Assembly: GCA_949288485.1 (NCBI GenBank)
Contig: CASEKC010000001.1
Location: forward strand, 7,070-71,069
Direction of reading: 5' to 3'
Length of the DNA: 64,000 bases
Source: an uncultured bacterium
GTDB taxonomy: Bacteria > Bacillota_I > Bacilli_A > RFN20 > CAG-826
This document shows, piece after piece, positions 18,198 to 28,516 of the stretch. Both the position numbers and the translations under genes were made by a program. Position 1 is the stretch's first letter. Each line of letters begins with the position of its first letter. The notes beneath the pieces are model-generated. The model did not search any database and was not told the origin of the DNA. It worked only from the letters and a program-made list of their open reading frames with translations.

Positions 18198-19859
18198 ATG
18201 GCGATAAAAATTTTATCTTTAATAGATTCTTTTAAAGGATCGATTTCATCTTTAGAAATATCTAAATTTTTAAAAAGAAATTTTACTAATTTTTCATATT
18301 TTCCAATATCTGATGGCGGAGAATATTTTTTAGATACGGTTAAAGAAATATTAATGAGTGAAAATTATAAAGAGTTAAAGATCAAAAACATTCATTCATT
18401 AAATCCTTTAAATAAAGAAAAAATAAATGCCAAAATCATTTTAGATAGCAAAAATAATGCTTATATTGAATCAGCAAATATTATCGGACTTTCTTTAGTC
18501 AATAAAAATAACGATCAAGGTATTTTTAAAAGGTCTTCTTATGGAATAGGAGAAGTTCTTTTAAAAATTAACAAGCTTAATATAAATACTCTTTATATTG
18601 GATTAGGTGGAAGCGCAACAAGTGATTTAGGGATTGGTTTATTAAAAGCATTAAATTTAAAATTTTTTGATAAAAATAACAAAGATATCACCGAAGAAGT
18701 TAATTTTATTGAAGATATTGTTAATGTTAAAAAGCTAGATTTTTCTAACGTTTATTCTTTAAATTATAAAATTGAAATTATAAACGATGTTTCAAATCCA
18801 CTTTTAGGAAAAAACGGCGCAAATTATGTTTATGCCTTTCAAAAAGGTGCTAAAAATGAAGATATTGAGAAATTAGAAGAATATTTTCATATTTTTTATA
18901 AATTACTTGTTAAACACGCTAAAAATAGATTAATTGATTTAAATGATGAAATAGGAGATGGCTCAGCCGGTGGACTTGGCTTTATTTTTAAGCATGTTTT
19001 GAAAGGAAAATATAATCAAGGAATTGAATTTATTTTAAAAAAGATCGATTTTAAAAATATCAAAAATAAATATGATTATATATTTACTGGCGAAGGATCT
19101 TTAGATTATCAATCATTTAATAAAAAAGTTGTCGGTGGTATTTTAGATGCTTTAGATAGTAAAGATAAAAATAAGCTTGTTATTATCTGTGGTCAAAATA
19201 ATATCGAAATAAATAAAATTAGTGAAAAATATAAGAATTTAATTAAAAATATTTATTCTTTATCGCCTAGATATGCTTTAAAAGAAGAAGCAATAAAAAA
19301 TCCAAAAAAATATTTAAAAGAGATTGTTTTTGATATTAAAAAAGATTTAGGTATTTTGAAATTTAAAGATCATACATTTCCACCATTTATAAATAAGAAT
19401 AGTGAAATATTAATTTTAGGATCTTTTCCAAGTGTTAAATCATTAGAAAAAAATTTTTATTATATGAATAAAACGAATCGTTTTTATAATGTTTTAGCGA
19501 CTATTTTTAATATAAATCTTAATGAAATAAGTGCTTTAGAAAAGAAAAAAGAATTTTTAAATAAAAATCATATTGCCTTATATGATGTTATTAAATCCTG
19601 CTATATTGAAGAAAGTAAAGATGAATCGATAAAAAAAGATATTTTACCAATCGATATAAAGGAATTATTAAATGAATATAATAATATTAAAAAAATTATA
19701 GTAAGTGGTAAAAAAGCGGAGAAATTATTTAAACAATATCTTTTAAAAGAGATTAAAAATAAAAATGTCGAAATTTATTATTTGCCATCCACTTCAAGTG
19801 CAAATGCCTCGTTCAATATTGAAAAATTGGTCGAAATTTATAAAAAAGCATTATTTTAA
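18198..19859 (+). CDS. Glycerate kinase fused to a UDG-superfamily (deoxyinosine glycosylase-like) domain
   Basis: DSFKGS, SDGGE, GLGGSATSD, NPLLG.NGA, FTGEGSLD.QS; from ~aa 390 HTFPPF...LILGSFPSVKS..FYY..NRF...LPSTSSANA. Confidence 0.85.
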   Translation: MAIKILSLIDSFKGSISSLEISKFLKRNFTNFSYFPISDGGEYFLDTVKEILMSENYKELKIKNIHSLNPLNKEKINAKIILDSKNNAYIESANIIGLSLVNKNNDQGIFKRSSYGIGEVLLKINKLNINTLYIGLGGSATSDLGIGLLKALNLKFFDKNNKDITEEVNFIEDIVNVKKLDFSNVYSLNYKIEIINDVSNPLLGKNGANYVYAFQKGAKNEDIEKLEEYFHIFYKLLVKHAKNRLIDLNDEIGDGSAGGLGFIFKHVLKGKYNQGIEFILKKIDFKNIKNKYDYIFTGEGSLDYQSFNKKVVGGILDALDSKDKNKLVIICGQNNIEINKISEKYKNLIKNIYSLSPRYALKEEAIKNPKKYLKEIVFDIKKDLGILKFKDHTFPPFINKNSEILILGSFPSVKSLEKNFYYMNKTNRFYNVLATIFNINLNEISALEKKKEFLNKNHIALYDVIKSCYIEESKDESIKKDILPIDIKELLNEYNNIKKIIVSGKKAEKLFKQYLLKEIKNKNVEIYYLPSTSSANASFNIEKLVEIYKKALF

Positions 19860-19891
19860 ATTGTCTTTCTTTTTACTATAATTTAAAAGTT

Positions 19892-20569
19892 ATGAAATTC
19901 GGTGTTATTTTAGCAACAGAAGAAGAGTTTTCTTCTTTTGTTAATGAGTTTAAAAAAGATTTTGAAATAAAAAAAGTAAGTAATTTTCCTTTTGAAATTA
20001 TTTCTTTTTCCTATAAAAAGCATGATATTTATGCTCTTTATTCCGATATAGGTATTGTAAATGCCACATTAGCAAGTCAATATTTAATTGATAATTTTAA
20101 AATTGATTTAATTTTAAATATTGGAGCTTGTGGTGGATTAAAAAGTGATATAAAAAAGAATGAAATTTTTATTGTTGAAAATGTCGTTTATTATGATTTT
20201 GATCTTTCTTTAATTGATAATGTTAAAAAAGCTCAATATCCTGGATTTGATAATGAAATTATTCCTTTACCAAATAAATATTTATCTTTATTAGAAGAAA
20301 AGTTATCTTTAAAAAGAATGAATTGTGCAAGTGGAGATAAATTTATTGCGGATCAAGAATTAATTTCACATCTTGTTAATGATTTTAATTGTTCAATTTG
20401 TGATATGGAAATTATTGGAGAAACTTTAGCTGCATATAAAAACAATATTGATATTATTTCTTTAAAAGTAGTTAGCGATAATGCTTCAGCTTTAGAATAT
20501 GAATCAAATGCTCTTTCTTCAAATGAAAAACTTATGAAAGTAGCTCGAAAAATCTTTGATTTATTATAA
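19892..20569 (+). CDS. mtnN: MTA/SAH nucleosidase
   Basis: IGIVNA, NIGACGG, SGDKFI, DME, VSD. Confidence 0.85.
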   Translation: MKFGVILATEEEFSSFVNEFKKDFEIKKVSNFPFEIISFSYKKHDIYALYSDIGIVNATLASQYLIDNFKIDLILNIGACGGLKSDIKKNEIFIVENVVYYDFDLSLIDNVKKAQYPGFDNEIIPLPNKYLSLLEEKLSLKRMNCASGDKFIADQELISHLVNDFNCSICDMEIIGETLAAYKNNIDIISLKVVSDNASALEYESNALSSNEKLMKVARKIFDLL

Positions 20570-20601
20570 TTTTATTTATCTAATTTAAAACTATAATTAT
20601 A

Positions 20602-21027
20602 CTAATTATTTACTAAATTTTTGATAATATAACTATTTGCTTCATTTAGAGTCTCTTTATCAGAAGGAAAGGTTAAAGAATTTATTGCTTCATTAATTTC
20701 AAGCCATTCAAAAGATAAAACTTCATCATCGTGATTATCAATCGGCTCATTTTTACTAATAACTTCAGCAACAAAAAAGACAACGTCTTTTATTACGTTT
20801 TCTTTTGGAGAATAAGTTATTACTTTTCGAAAATTAATATCTATTTTTACTTCTAAAGAAGTTTCTTCTTTAATTTCTCGATATGCAGTTTCTTCTTCAC
20901 TTTCATTTTCTTCGACGTGTCCCTTGCATAAAGAATTATGTCCTAAGCCCATATGAAGAATTAAATATTTTATAATTCTATTTTCAATTTTATAAATTAC
21001 TGCACCGCAACTTTTTTCCTTTTTCAT
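20602..21027 (-). CDS. Nudix hydrolase (Ap4A hydrolase-like)
   Basis: EKSCGAV, KGHVEENESEEETAYREIKEETSL Nudix box; ATG at 21027 preferred. Confidence 0.88.
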   Translation of the reverse strand: MKKEKSCGAVIYKIENRIIKYLILHMGLGHNSLCKGHVEENESEEETAYREIKEETSLEVKIDINFRKVITYSPKENVIKDVVFFVAEVISKNEPIDNHDDEVLSFEWLEINEAINSLTFPSDKETLNEANSYIIKNLVNN

Positions 21028-21087
21028 AAATTTTAACGATAAATCCACTGTTTTTATTGATTTATATCATAAAATAATTTATTATTA

Positions 21088-21135
21088 AAGCATCATTTTA
21101 ACCGAATGATGCCTATTTAGGCATCTATTTTTTTT
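21088..21135 (+). promoter_or_regulatory. rimP-nusA leader attenuator hairpin
   Basis: GATGCCTA-T-TTAGGCATC-like stem followed by a T-run; upstream GCATCAT can pair alternatively with ATGATGC. Confidence 0.5.
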
Positions 21136-21150
21136 GAAAGGGGGGGAAGA

Positions 21151-21612
21151 ATGATTGACATCAATCTTATTAAAGAAGGAATTGAGAAAAAATTAGCTGA
21201 AATTTCTTATACGCTTTATTCAATTAAGTCATACAACAATAAAGGCGGAAGTGTATTAGAAATTATTGTTGATCGTGATGAAAATATTGATCTAGATGAT
21301 ATTGTTGAAGTTTCTAACTATTTATCACCATATCTAGATGAAATAATTACCGATGACAATCCTTACACACTTGATGTTTCTTCTTTAGGTGCAGAAAAAC
21401 CTATCGATTTATTAAAACTCGATAAATATGTTGGAAAGTATGTCAATTTACACCTCTCTCATCCTTACAAAGGTGAAAATATATTAGAAGGAGATTTAAA
21501 GGAAGTAGATGAAAATTCAATTACTTTATCTTATAAAGTTAAAACAAGAGTAATTGATGCAAAAATTGAACGTAAAGATATTGATAAAGCACGTTTAGCT
21601 ATAAAATTTTAG
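21151..21612 (+). CDS. rimP: Ribosome maturation factor RimP
   Basis: IDLDD...S..LD...YTLDVSSLGAEKP; first gene of the nusA operon. Confidence 0.92.
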   Translation: MIDINLIKEGIEKKLAEISYTLYSIKSYNNKGGSVLEIIVDRDENIDLDDIVEVSNYLSPYLDEIITDDNPYTLDVSSLGAEKPIDLLKLDKYVGKYVNLHLSHPYKGENILEGDLKEVDENSITLSYKVKTRVIDAKIERKDIDKARLAIKF

Positions 21613-21621
21613 GAGAAAACT

Positions 21622-23376
21622 ATGAATAAAAAAGCATTTTTAGAAGCCGTTACTGAATTAGGCAATCAAAAAAGACTCTCAAAAGAAATTATTAAAAAAT
21701 CTATCGAAGAATCATTTCGACTTTCTTTAAATAAGAAATTTGAAGATGAATATAAACTTGATTTAAGAGCTTCAAAAATTAAAAAGATAGACAAAACAAA
21801 AGTTGAAGAAAAACTTGAATCGGCTCATATTAAAACAGTTGTTGATTTAGATAAGGCAAAAATTAATATATATCGTGAATTTGATGTTTTAAATGATGAT
21901 GATATTACCGATGATTTCGTTCAAATTCCTCTTGAAGAAGCACAAAAAAGAGAACCAAATATTAAAGTCGGTGATGTTTATAGTGAAGAAATTGATTTTG
22001 ATACATTAACTAAAAAAGATGTCGATAGATTCGTTTCTAATTTTAAACAATGCATTTCAAAAGCTGAAAAAGAAGCTTTACTTGAAGAATTTAAAGATAA
22101 AATCGGAACAATTGTAACAGGTATTGTTGAAAAATTTGACAATACAAGTTGTTTAGTCAATTTAGATGGAACAACCGTCGTTTTATATAGAAAAAATTTA
22201 ATTGGTGATGAAAAATTTAGAAATGGTGACCCAATTAAAGTTTATGTTGAAGGAATTAAAAGAGATGATAAAAAATCCGCTTTAATTAGCGTTTCAAGAA
22301 GCTGCCCAAATTTCTTGAGAAAGATTTTTGAAAACGAAGTTAATGAAATTAACGATGGAACAGTTAAAATCGTTGATATTGCTAGAATGAGTGGAGTTAG
22401 AAGTAAAGTTGTCGTTTATTCAACAGATCCAAACGTTGATGCAAGCGGTGCTTGTATTGGTAAAAACGGTGAAAGAATTCAAAGAATCGTTGGTCAATTA
22501 GGTTCTGGACACGACCAAAAAGAAAAAATCGATGTTATTTTATTCCATAGAAATTTAGGCGTATATTTATCTGAAATTTTAAAACCAGGTGAAGTCATCG
22601 GTATTAATTTCTCTGAAGATATGAAAAATGCATTGGTCATTTGTAAAAATGATACAATGAAAATCGCTGTTGGAACTCGTGGTTCAAATGTTTTCTTGGC
22701 TAGAAAACTTACTGGTTTAGATGAAATTAAGATTATTAATGAATCCGATATGGAAGCTAATGGTGTAACTTCATATAAACCAATTGAAGAATATATTGAA
22801 GAAGATAAAGCTGAAGAAGCAGAAGAAGCAAGAAAGAGATTTAGAGAACAAAGTATTCTTAAATCGGGAGCTAAAAAACTTGATTCAACTATAAGTCTTG
22901 ATGATTCACTAATAATGGATGAAAAATTAGGAATTGACGAAGAAATCGCTAATGAACCAGTTGATGTAGAAGAAGAGAAAGAAGAAATTAAAAATGTTGA
23001 AACTTCTTTAGTTAACGAAGAAAAAGTTGAAGAAGATAAAAAAGAAGAGATTGTTGCCGCTCCAATTAAAGAAGTTGTTCAAGAAGAACCAGTTGAAATT
23101 AAAGAAGTTAAAACAACAACAACTTTAGAATCTTTAGAAAAATCTTTAGAAGAAGAAAAGAAAACAAAAACTGAAGTTAAGAGTAAAAAATCTTCTAAGA
23201 AAAAAGATGATGCTAAAGAAGAAAAAGAAGAAGCTAAAAAACCTGTTAAAAAGATGGATATTTATACAGAAGAAGAGCTTAAAGAATTTGAAGATGAAGA
23301 TAATGATGACTATTATGATGACGACGAAGAAGACTGGTCCGAATATGATAGTGATGATTATTACGAGGATAAATAA
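21622..23376 (+). CDS. nusA: Transcription termination factor NusA with long acidic C-terminal tail
   Basis: S1/KH motifs, IARMSGVRSKVVV, GACIGKNGERI, EKIDVI. Confidence 0.95.
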   Translation: MNKKAFLEAVTELGNQKRLSKEIIKKSIEESFRLSLNKKFEDEYKLDLRASKIKKIDKTKVEEKLESAHIKTVVDLDKAKINIYREFDVLNDDDITDDFVQIPLEEAQKREPNIKVGDVYSEEIDFDTLTKKDVDRFVSNFKQCISKAEKEALLEEFKDKIGTIVTGIVEKFDNTSCLVNLDGTTVVLYRKNLIGDEKFRNGDPIKVYVEGIKRDDKKSALISVSRSCPNFLRKIFENEVNEINDGTVKIVDIARMSGVRSKVVVYSTDPNVDASGACIGKNGERIQRIVGQLGSGHDQKEKIDVILFHRNLGVYLSEILKPGEVIGINFSEDMKNALVICKNDTMKIAVGTRGSNVFLARKLTGLDEIKIINESDMEANGVTSYKPIEEYIEEDKAEEAEEARKRFREQSILKSGAKKLDSTISLDDSLIMDEKLGIDEEIANEPVDVEEEKEEIKNVETSLVNEEKVEEDKKEEIVAAPIKEVVQEEPVEIKEVKTTTTLESLEKSLEEEKKTKTEVKSKKSSKKKDDAKEEKEEAKKPVKKMDIYTEEELKEFEDEDNDDYYDDDEEDWSEYDSDDYYEDK

Positions 23377-23636
23377 TGAAAAAAATACCATTACGTCGAT
23401 GTTTAGTTACTAATGAATCATTTCCAAAAGAGAAATTATTTAGAGTTGTTAGAACACCTTCTGGAGAGGTAATTTTGGATACGACATATAAGGCTAATGG
23501 TAGAGGCGCTTATATAAAAAAAGATGAAGATATTATTTTAAAAGCAAAAAATAAAAAAGTATTAGAACGTGCATTAGAAGTTAAAGTACCAGATGAAGTC
23601 TATGAACGAATGATTACTTTTTTAAAAATGAAATAG
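23376..23636 (+). CDS. ylxR: YlxR/RnpM RNA-binding protein
   Basis: KIPLRRC, RVVRTP, KANGRGAY. Confidence 0.92.
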   Translation: MKKIPLRRCLVTNESFPKEKLFRVVRTPSGEVILDTTYKANGRGAYIKKDEDIILKAKNKKVLERALEVKVPDEVYERMITFLKMK

Positions 23637-23654
23637 GAAGGAGGATTAAATTTA

Positions 23655-25496
23655 ATGGATAAAAAGAACAATAAAAAGGTTAGAGAAACTAACATTCCGG
23701 CATCTAATACAAATAAGAACAAAAACATGAACAAAGTTCATGGACAAGTTTTTGTTTTTACTAAATCTTTAACTGTTGGAGAGTTAGCAAAAGAATTAAA
23801 TGTTAATGCCTCTGAAATCATTAAAAAATTATTTATGCAAAAGAAGATTGTTACAATAAACAATTATTTAGATGATGATACAATCGGTGAAATTTGTCTT
23901 GAATTTGGTTACGATTTTAAAAAAGAAGAAATTATCGATGAAGAAGATTTCGAAAAAATTCAAATTGATGATAAACCAGAAGATTTAAAAGAAAGACCAG
24001 CTGTTGTTACAGTTATGGGACACGTTGACCATGGTAAAACCACTTTAATTGATGCCATTAGAAACTCTAATATCGCTGCTAGCGAATATGGTGGAATTTC
24101 TCAAGAAATCGGTGCTTACCAAAAAGTAGTTGATGGTAAAAAAATTACTTTTATCGATACTCCTGGGCACGAAGCTTTTTCGGCTATGAGAAGTAGAGGA
24201 GCTTCAGTTACAGATATTGTTATTTTAGTTGTTGCTTCAGATGATGGTGTTATGCCTCAAACTATAGAAGCTATTGATCACGCAAAAGCTGCAAAAGTCC
24301 CAATTATTGTAGCAATTAATAAAATGGATGTTCCTGGAGCAAATCCTGAAAAAGTCATTAATGAATTAATGCAACATGATGTTATTGCTGAAAAATATGG
24401 CGGTGATGTTATGGTTTGCGAAATATCTGCTAAGAAAAAACAAGGAATTAAAGAACTTTTAGAAACAGTTTTAGTTGAAGCAGAAATGCTTGAACTTAAA
24501 GCAAATCCTAATAGATATGCAATTGGTACAGTTTTAGAAGCAGAACTTGATAAAGGTGAAGGTCCAAAAGCTACTCTTTTAGTTCAAAATGGCACTTTAT
24601 ATTCATCTGATTATGTCGTTGTTGGTTCAACTTATGGAAAAGTAAGAAGAATGACTAATGAGCATAAACAAATTTTAAAAGAAGCAACTCCTTCAACTCC
24701 AGTCAGTGTTATTGGTTTAAATGAAGTTCCTTTAGCTGGTGACCATTTCATGGCATTCCCAACTGAAAAACAAGCAAAAGATATTGCTGAAAAGAGAAAA
24801 TTAAAGAAAATCAATGAAGAACGTGCTCAAAATAGCGGAGTAACTTCTTTAGAAAACTTATATGAAAAAATTAATGAAGGTCAAATGACTAACATTAATA
24901 TTATTGTTAAAGCTGATACTACCGGTAGTGCTGAAGCAGTTAAAGCATCATTAGAAAAATTAAATAATGATCAAGTTAAAATTAATGTTATTAGAAGTGC
25001 AGCTGGAGCAATTACTGAAAGCGATGTTTTATTAGCTGGTGCCTCTGGAGCTATTATTTATGGTTTCAATGTTAGACCATCAGCTTTAGTTAGAAAGAAA
25101 GCAGAAGAAGAAAAAATCGAAATTAGAACTCAAAAAATTATTTACGCCTTAATTGAAGAAGTTGAAGCTGCGATTAAAGGTAGTATGAAAAAAGAAAAAG
25201 TCGAAAATATTCTTGGTCAAGCAGAAGTTAGAAACGTCTTCAAAATTTCTAAGGTTGGTGAAATTGCAGGCTGTATGGTTACCGATGGTTTAATTAAAAA
25301 TACTGCCCTTGTCCATGTTTTAAGAAATGGTGTAATTGTTTATCAAGGCGAAATTGATTCTTTAAAACGTTTTAAAGATGATGCTAAAGAAGTTAAAGAA
25401 GGTTTTGAATGCGGTATCAAAATTAAAAACTTTAACGATGTTCATGAAGGAGATATCATCGAAGCATTTGAGATGATAGAAAAAGAAGATGAGTAG
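23655..25496 (+). CDS. infB: Translation initiation factor IF-2
   Basis: [26 protein letters not shown]. Confidence 0.98.
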   Translation: MDKKNNKKVRETNIPASNTNKNKNMNKVHGQVFVFTKSLTVGELAKELNVNASEIIKKLFMQKKIVTINNYLDDDTIGEICLEFGYDFKKEEIIDEEDFEKIQIDDKPEDLKERPAVVTVMGHVDHGKTTLIDAIRNSNIAASEYGGISQEIGAYQKVVDGKKITFIDTPGHEAFSAMRSRGASVTDIVILVVASDDGVMPQTIEAIDHAKAAKVPIIVAINKMDVPGANPEKVINELMQHDVIAEKYGGDVMVCEISAKKKQGIKELLETVLVEAEMLELKANPNRYAIGTVLEAELDKGEGPKATLLVQNGTLYSSDYVVVGSTYGKVRRMTNEHKQILKEATPSTPVSVIGLNEVPLAGDHFMAFPTEKQAKDIAEKRKLKKINEERAQNSGVTSLENLYEKINEGQMTNINIIVKADTTGSAEAVKASLEKLNNDQVKINVIRSAAGAITESDVLLAGASGAIIYGFNVRPSALVRKKAEEEKIEIRTQKIIYALIEEVEAAIKGSMKKEKVENILGQAEVRNVFKISKVGEIAGCMVTDGLIKNTALVHVLRNGVIVYQGEIDSLKRFKDDAKEVKEGFECGIKIKNFNDVHEGDIIEAFEMIEKEDE

Positions 25497-25842
25497 TAAT
25501 TCAAAAGAACGTTTAGCAGCTGAAATTTCAAAAGATATTAAAGAAATTGTTCAGTTTGAAATTAAAAATGAATCTATCGGATTTATGACTATAACTGATG
25601 TTGTTGTTTCTAGCGACCATAGTTATGCTAAAGTTTTTGTTTCGTTCTTCAACAATCCTGAAAAAAACATTGATAAATTAAATAGAACAAAAGGCTTTGT
25701 AAGAAGTGCTTTATCAAAAAGATTAAAAACAAGACGAGTTCCTGAAATTGAATTCGTCTTAGATGATTCTTTTTTAAAATTCCAAAAACTTGATTCAGCT
25801 TTGAAAAAAGATGAAGAAGATATAGAGAAATTTAAAAAATAA
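25489..25842 (+). CDS. rbfA: Ribosome-binding factor A
   Basis: ITDVVVSSDHSYAKVFVS, KGFVRS, RRVPEIEF..D. Confidence 0.95.
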   Translation: MSSNSKERLAAEISKDIKEIVQFEIKNESIGFMTITDVVVSSDHSYAKVFVSFFNNPEKNIDKLNRTKGFVRSALSKRLKTRRVPEIEFVLDDSFLKFQKLDSALKKDEEDIEKFKK

Positions 25843-25844
25843 TC

Positions 25845-27020
25845 TTAGTTCTTTATAACATTGTTTATTTTAAGTTCTTTTAATAAATAAACTGGATTAT
25901 CAATTAAAGAAATTAGGTATTTCGATCCTAATTTCTTTTTATTTTTATATGGTAAAAATTTAATTGTTTTTAATGTTTGAATATCTATTTCAATATCAAA
26001 ATTTATTGGATTATATTTTGAATAAATCTTTTCGTAAAGATCATATAAAATGATATCAATATCTTTATAATTTTTAAATTTTAGTATTTTAATAGTAAAG
26101 TTTCGGTCGTTTTTTGCAATATTAATAATTCCTAAAAGCGTATCATTTTTATAATAATGGAGATGATAGAGATTAGCTTTTGGAATATTTTTAATTTTTA
26201 AAAATTTCATTTCTTTAATTAAACTTTCTAAATCTTCAACATGTTTAAAATAGTATTTTGAATATGAAACTTTAAATTCAAAATGATTAAAGAAAACATC
26301 TAATTTTTCTTTATTATTTAACATCGTAAGGAAATTATCTTTACTAGAAGGATATTGTTTATAAATATTATTTAGCAAATTTTTAATATCTTCCCTTTTG
26401 GTATGTTTATCATTAGGACAAGTAGAAGAGAAAACTGGAATATTTTCTTCTTTAATTAGTCTTTTTATTGTATTTTCTTCAACATAAATAAAAGGACGAA
26501 TAAATGTTATTTTGTCGTTAGTTAAATACATTTTTGGAGCGAAAGTTCCAATTCTTCCACCGTAAATTTCATTTAAAAATAATGTTTCGATAGCGTCATC
26601 TTTATGATGGGCAAAAGAAACATGATTGCAATTTAATTCTTCGGCAACTTTATTAATTATTGCTTTTTTCATTCTTGAACATATTGAACAAGGTAAATGT
26701 GGTAAATTTTGCTTTTCTTCTTGTATTTTTAAAATTTCGTATACTTGTTTAGCATCTTTAATGTATAAATCGTAACCCAATGAAGAAACGTATTCTTTTA
26801 ATTTAGTAAAATCAGAATTTGGAAAACCTAAATCGATAGTCATCGGCTTAATTTCAAAGTTAATTTTGGCGTATTTTTGATATAAATGAAGACAATATAA
26901 TAAGGCCATAGAATCTTTTCCACCGCTTATTCCTATACATATAGATGTATTGTCTTTAAAAAGGTTAAATTCTTCGTCAGCTTTCCTAATCGAAGCTAAA
27001 ATAATTCGTAATGCTTTCAT
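25845..27020 (-). CDS. ttcA: TtcA-family tRNA 2-thiocytidine synthase with C-terminal extension
   Basis: SGGKDS PP-loop, CSICSRMKK, AHHKDDAIET, IRPF, CP. Confidence 0.75.
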   Translation of the reverse strand: MKALRIILASIRKADEEFNLFKDNTSICIGISGGKDSMALLYCLHLYQKYAKINFEIKPMTIDLGFPNSDFTKLKEYVSSLGYDLYIKDAKQVYEILKIQEEKQNLPHLPCSICSRMKKAIINKVAEELNCNHVSFAHHKDDAIETLFLNEIYGGRIGTFAPKMYLTNDKITFIRPFIYVEENTIKRLIKEENIPVFSSTCPNDKHTKREDIKNLLNNIYKQYPSSKDNFLTMLNNKEKLDVFFNHFEFKVSYSKYYFKHVEDLESLIKEMKFLKIKNIPKANLYHLHYYKNDTLLGIINIAKNDRNFTIKILKFKNYKDIDIILYDLYEKIYSKYNPINFDIEIDIQTLKTIKFLPYKNKKKLGSKYLISLIDNPVYLLKELKINNVIKN

Positions 27021-27103
27021 ATCCTAAAAATAATAAATTATTTCCCTTTTTAAAGCAAAAGTATTCTTAATTTTTTAGGGTAAATATTGTAAAATATTGC
27101 GGT

Positions 27104-28015
27104 ATGGAAGTTATTTATTTAAAAAATTTTGATGAAGTTAACGAAGTTCCTAAATTATCTTTAGTTTTAGGTAATTTTGATGGAGTTCATATTGGACATG
27201 CTCAATTAATTAATTATGCTAGAAACAATTCTAATGGAAATTTAGGTGTTTTTACTTTTGATAAGCCTTTAAAAACTATTGAAGGTTATTTAACTTCTTT
27301 AGATGATAGAATTCAAATTTTCAAACAACTAGGTGTTGATTACGTTTTTATTATCTTAACGGATGATAATTTTAAGAAAATGTCCTATATAAAATTTGTT
27401 GATTTAATCTTAAAGAAATTAAATCCTATAAAAATTTTTTGTGGACCTGATTTTAAATATGGTTTCAATGCTCAAGGTGACGTTTATTATTTAAAAGAAA
27501 GATTTAGCGAAGTCTATATTTTAAATTATGTTAATGATCATAACGGAAAGAAAATTTCCTCTTCTTCAATTAGAGATTTAATAAAAGAAGGGAATGTTTA
27601 TGAAACAAATAGATGGCTTGGTAGAATTTATACTATTCGAGGTGTAGTTTCAAAAGGAAAAGGAAACGGTATGAGTTTTGGTTTTCCAACAGCTAATTTA
27701 ACTTTAAGCGATAATTATGTTGTACCAAAAGAAGGAGTTTATATTACAAAAACTACTATAAATGACCGTGAATTACGTTCATTAACAAACATTGGTAAAA
27801 ATCCAACTATTTCCGATGATAATAAACTTACAATCGAAACATATATTTTTGATTTCCAAGATGAATTATATGGTAAAGAAATTTCAGTATCTTTTTTAAT
27901 TCGTTTAAGAGATGAAGCTAAGTTTAATTCTACAAAAGAATTAGTCGAACAAATTGAGAAAGATATGGATGATGCAATATATTTTTTCGATTATGGTAAG
28001 ATGATGAATTCTTAA
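27104..28015 (+). CDS. ribF: Riboflavin kinase/FAD synthetase
   Basis: GNFDGVHIGH, ISSSSIR, GFPTAN, NIGKNPT. Confidence 0.96.
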   Translation: MEVIYLKNFDEVNEVPKLSLVLGNFDGVHIGHAQLINYARNNSNGNLGVFTFDKPLKTIEGYLTSLDDRIQIFKQLGVDYVFIILTDDNFKKMSYIKFVDLILKKLNPIKIFCGPDFKYGFNAQGDVYYLKERFSEVYILNYVNDHNGKKISSSSIRDLIKEGNVYETNRWLGRIYTIRGVVSKGKGNGMSFGFPTANLTLSDNYVVPKEGVYITKTTINDRELRSLTNIGKNPTISDDNKLTIETYIFDFQDELYGKEISVSFLIRLRDEAKFNSTKELVEQIEKDMDDAIYFFDYGKMMNS

Positions 28016-28082
28016 TTCGAAAAATTTAAAAACTAACGATATTTTTCTTGTTTTTAATATCATTTTCTAGTATATTAATTAA

Positions 28083-28140
28083 CAGACTTTTATCTTTGAT
28101 TTAGGAATCTCCAACCTTTCTCATTGATATTAGCGTTTTA
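28083..28140 (+). promoter_or_regulatory. Putative S15 ribosomal leader
   Basis: GC-enriched 5' UTR of rpsO containing GGAATCTCCAAC, resembling Bacillota S15 leaders (from memory). Confidence 0.45.
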
Positions 28141-28159
28141 TTTATAAAGGAGAACAAAA

Positions 28160-28429
28160 ATGGCTGTAAGCAAACAAACAAAAGCTGAATTAATTAAAAA
28201 ATTCGGCAAAACAGAAAAAGACACAGGTAGTGTTGAAGTCCAAGTTGCTATTTTAACTGCTTCAATTAAACATTTAACTGAACATTTAAAAAATAACGAT
28301 AAGGACCACGTTGCAAGAAGAAGCTTATTAGTTTTAGTTGGTAAAAGAAAATCTTTACTTTCTTATTTAGAAAAACAAGATAGAGATGCTTATATCAAAC
28401 TTATTGCTGAACTTGGATTACGTAAATAA
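28160..28429 (+). CDS. rpsO: 30S ribosomal protein S15
   Basis: DTGSVEVQVAILT, KDH..RR.LL.LVGKR, LGLRK. Confidence 0.98.
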   Translation: MAVSKQTKAELIKKFGKTEKDTGSVEVQVAILTASIKHLTEHLKNNDKDHVARRSLLVLVGKRKSLLSYLEKQDRDAYIKLIAELGLRK

Positions 28430-28451
28430 TAATTTAAAATAAGTTAAACAA

Positions 28452-28490
28452 AAAAGACTCTATTAATAGAATAGAGTCTTTTGTTTTCTT
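28452..28490 (+). terminator. Intrinsic terminator after rpsO
   Basis: AAAAGACTCTATT-N5-AATAGAGTCTTTT plus T-rich tail. Confidence 0.85.
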
Positions 28491-28516
28491 TCTTGTTATA
28501 ATTAGTTAGATAAATT

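Noticed and set aside
22790..23376. Low-complexity E/K/D-rich tract in nusA as a repeat or insertion
   Set aside because: In-frame acidic tail typical of NusA in Mollicutes-like lineages; no discrete repeat unit.
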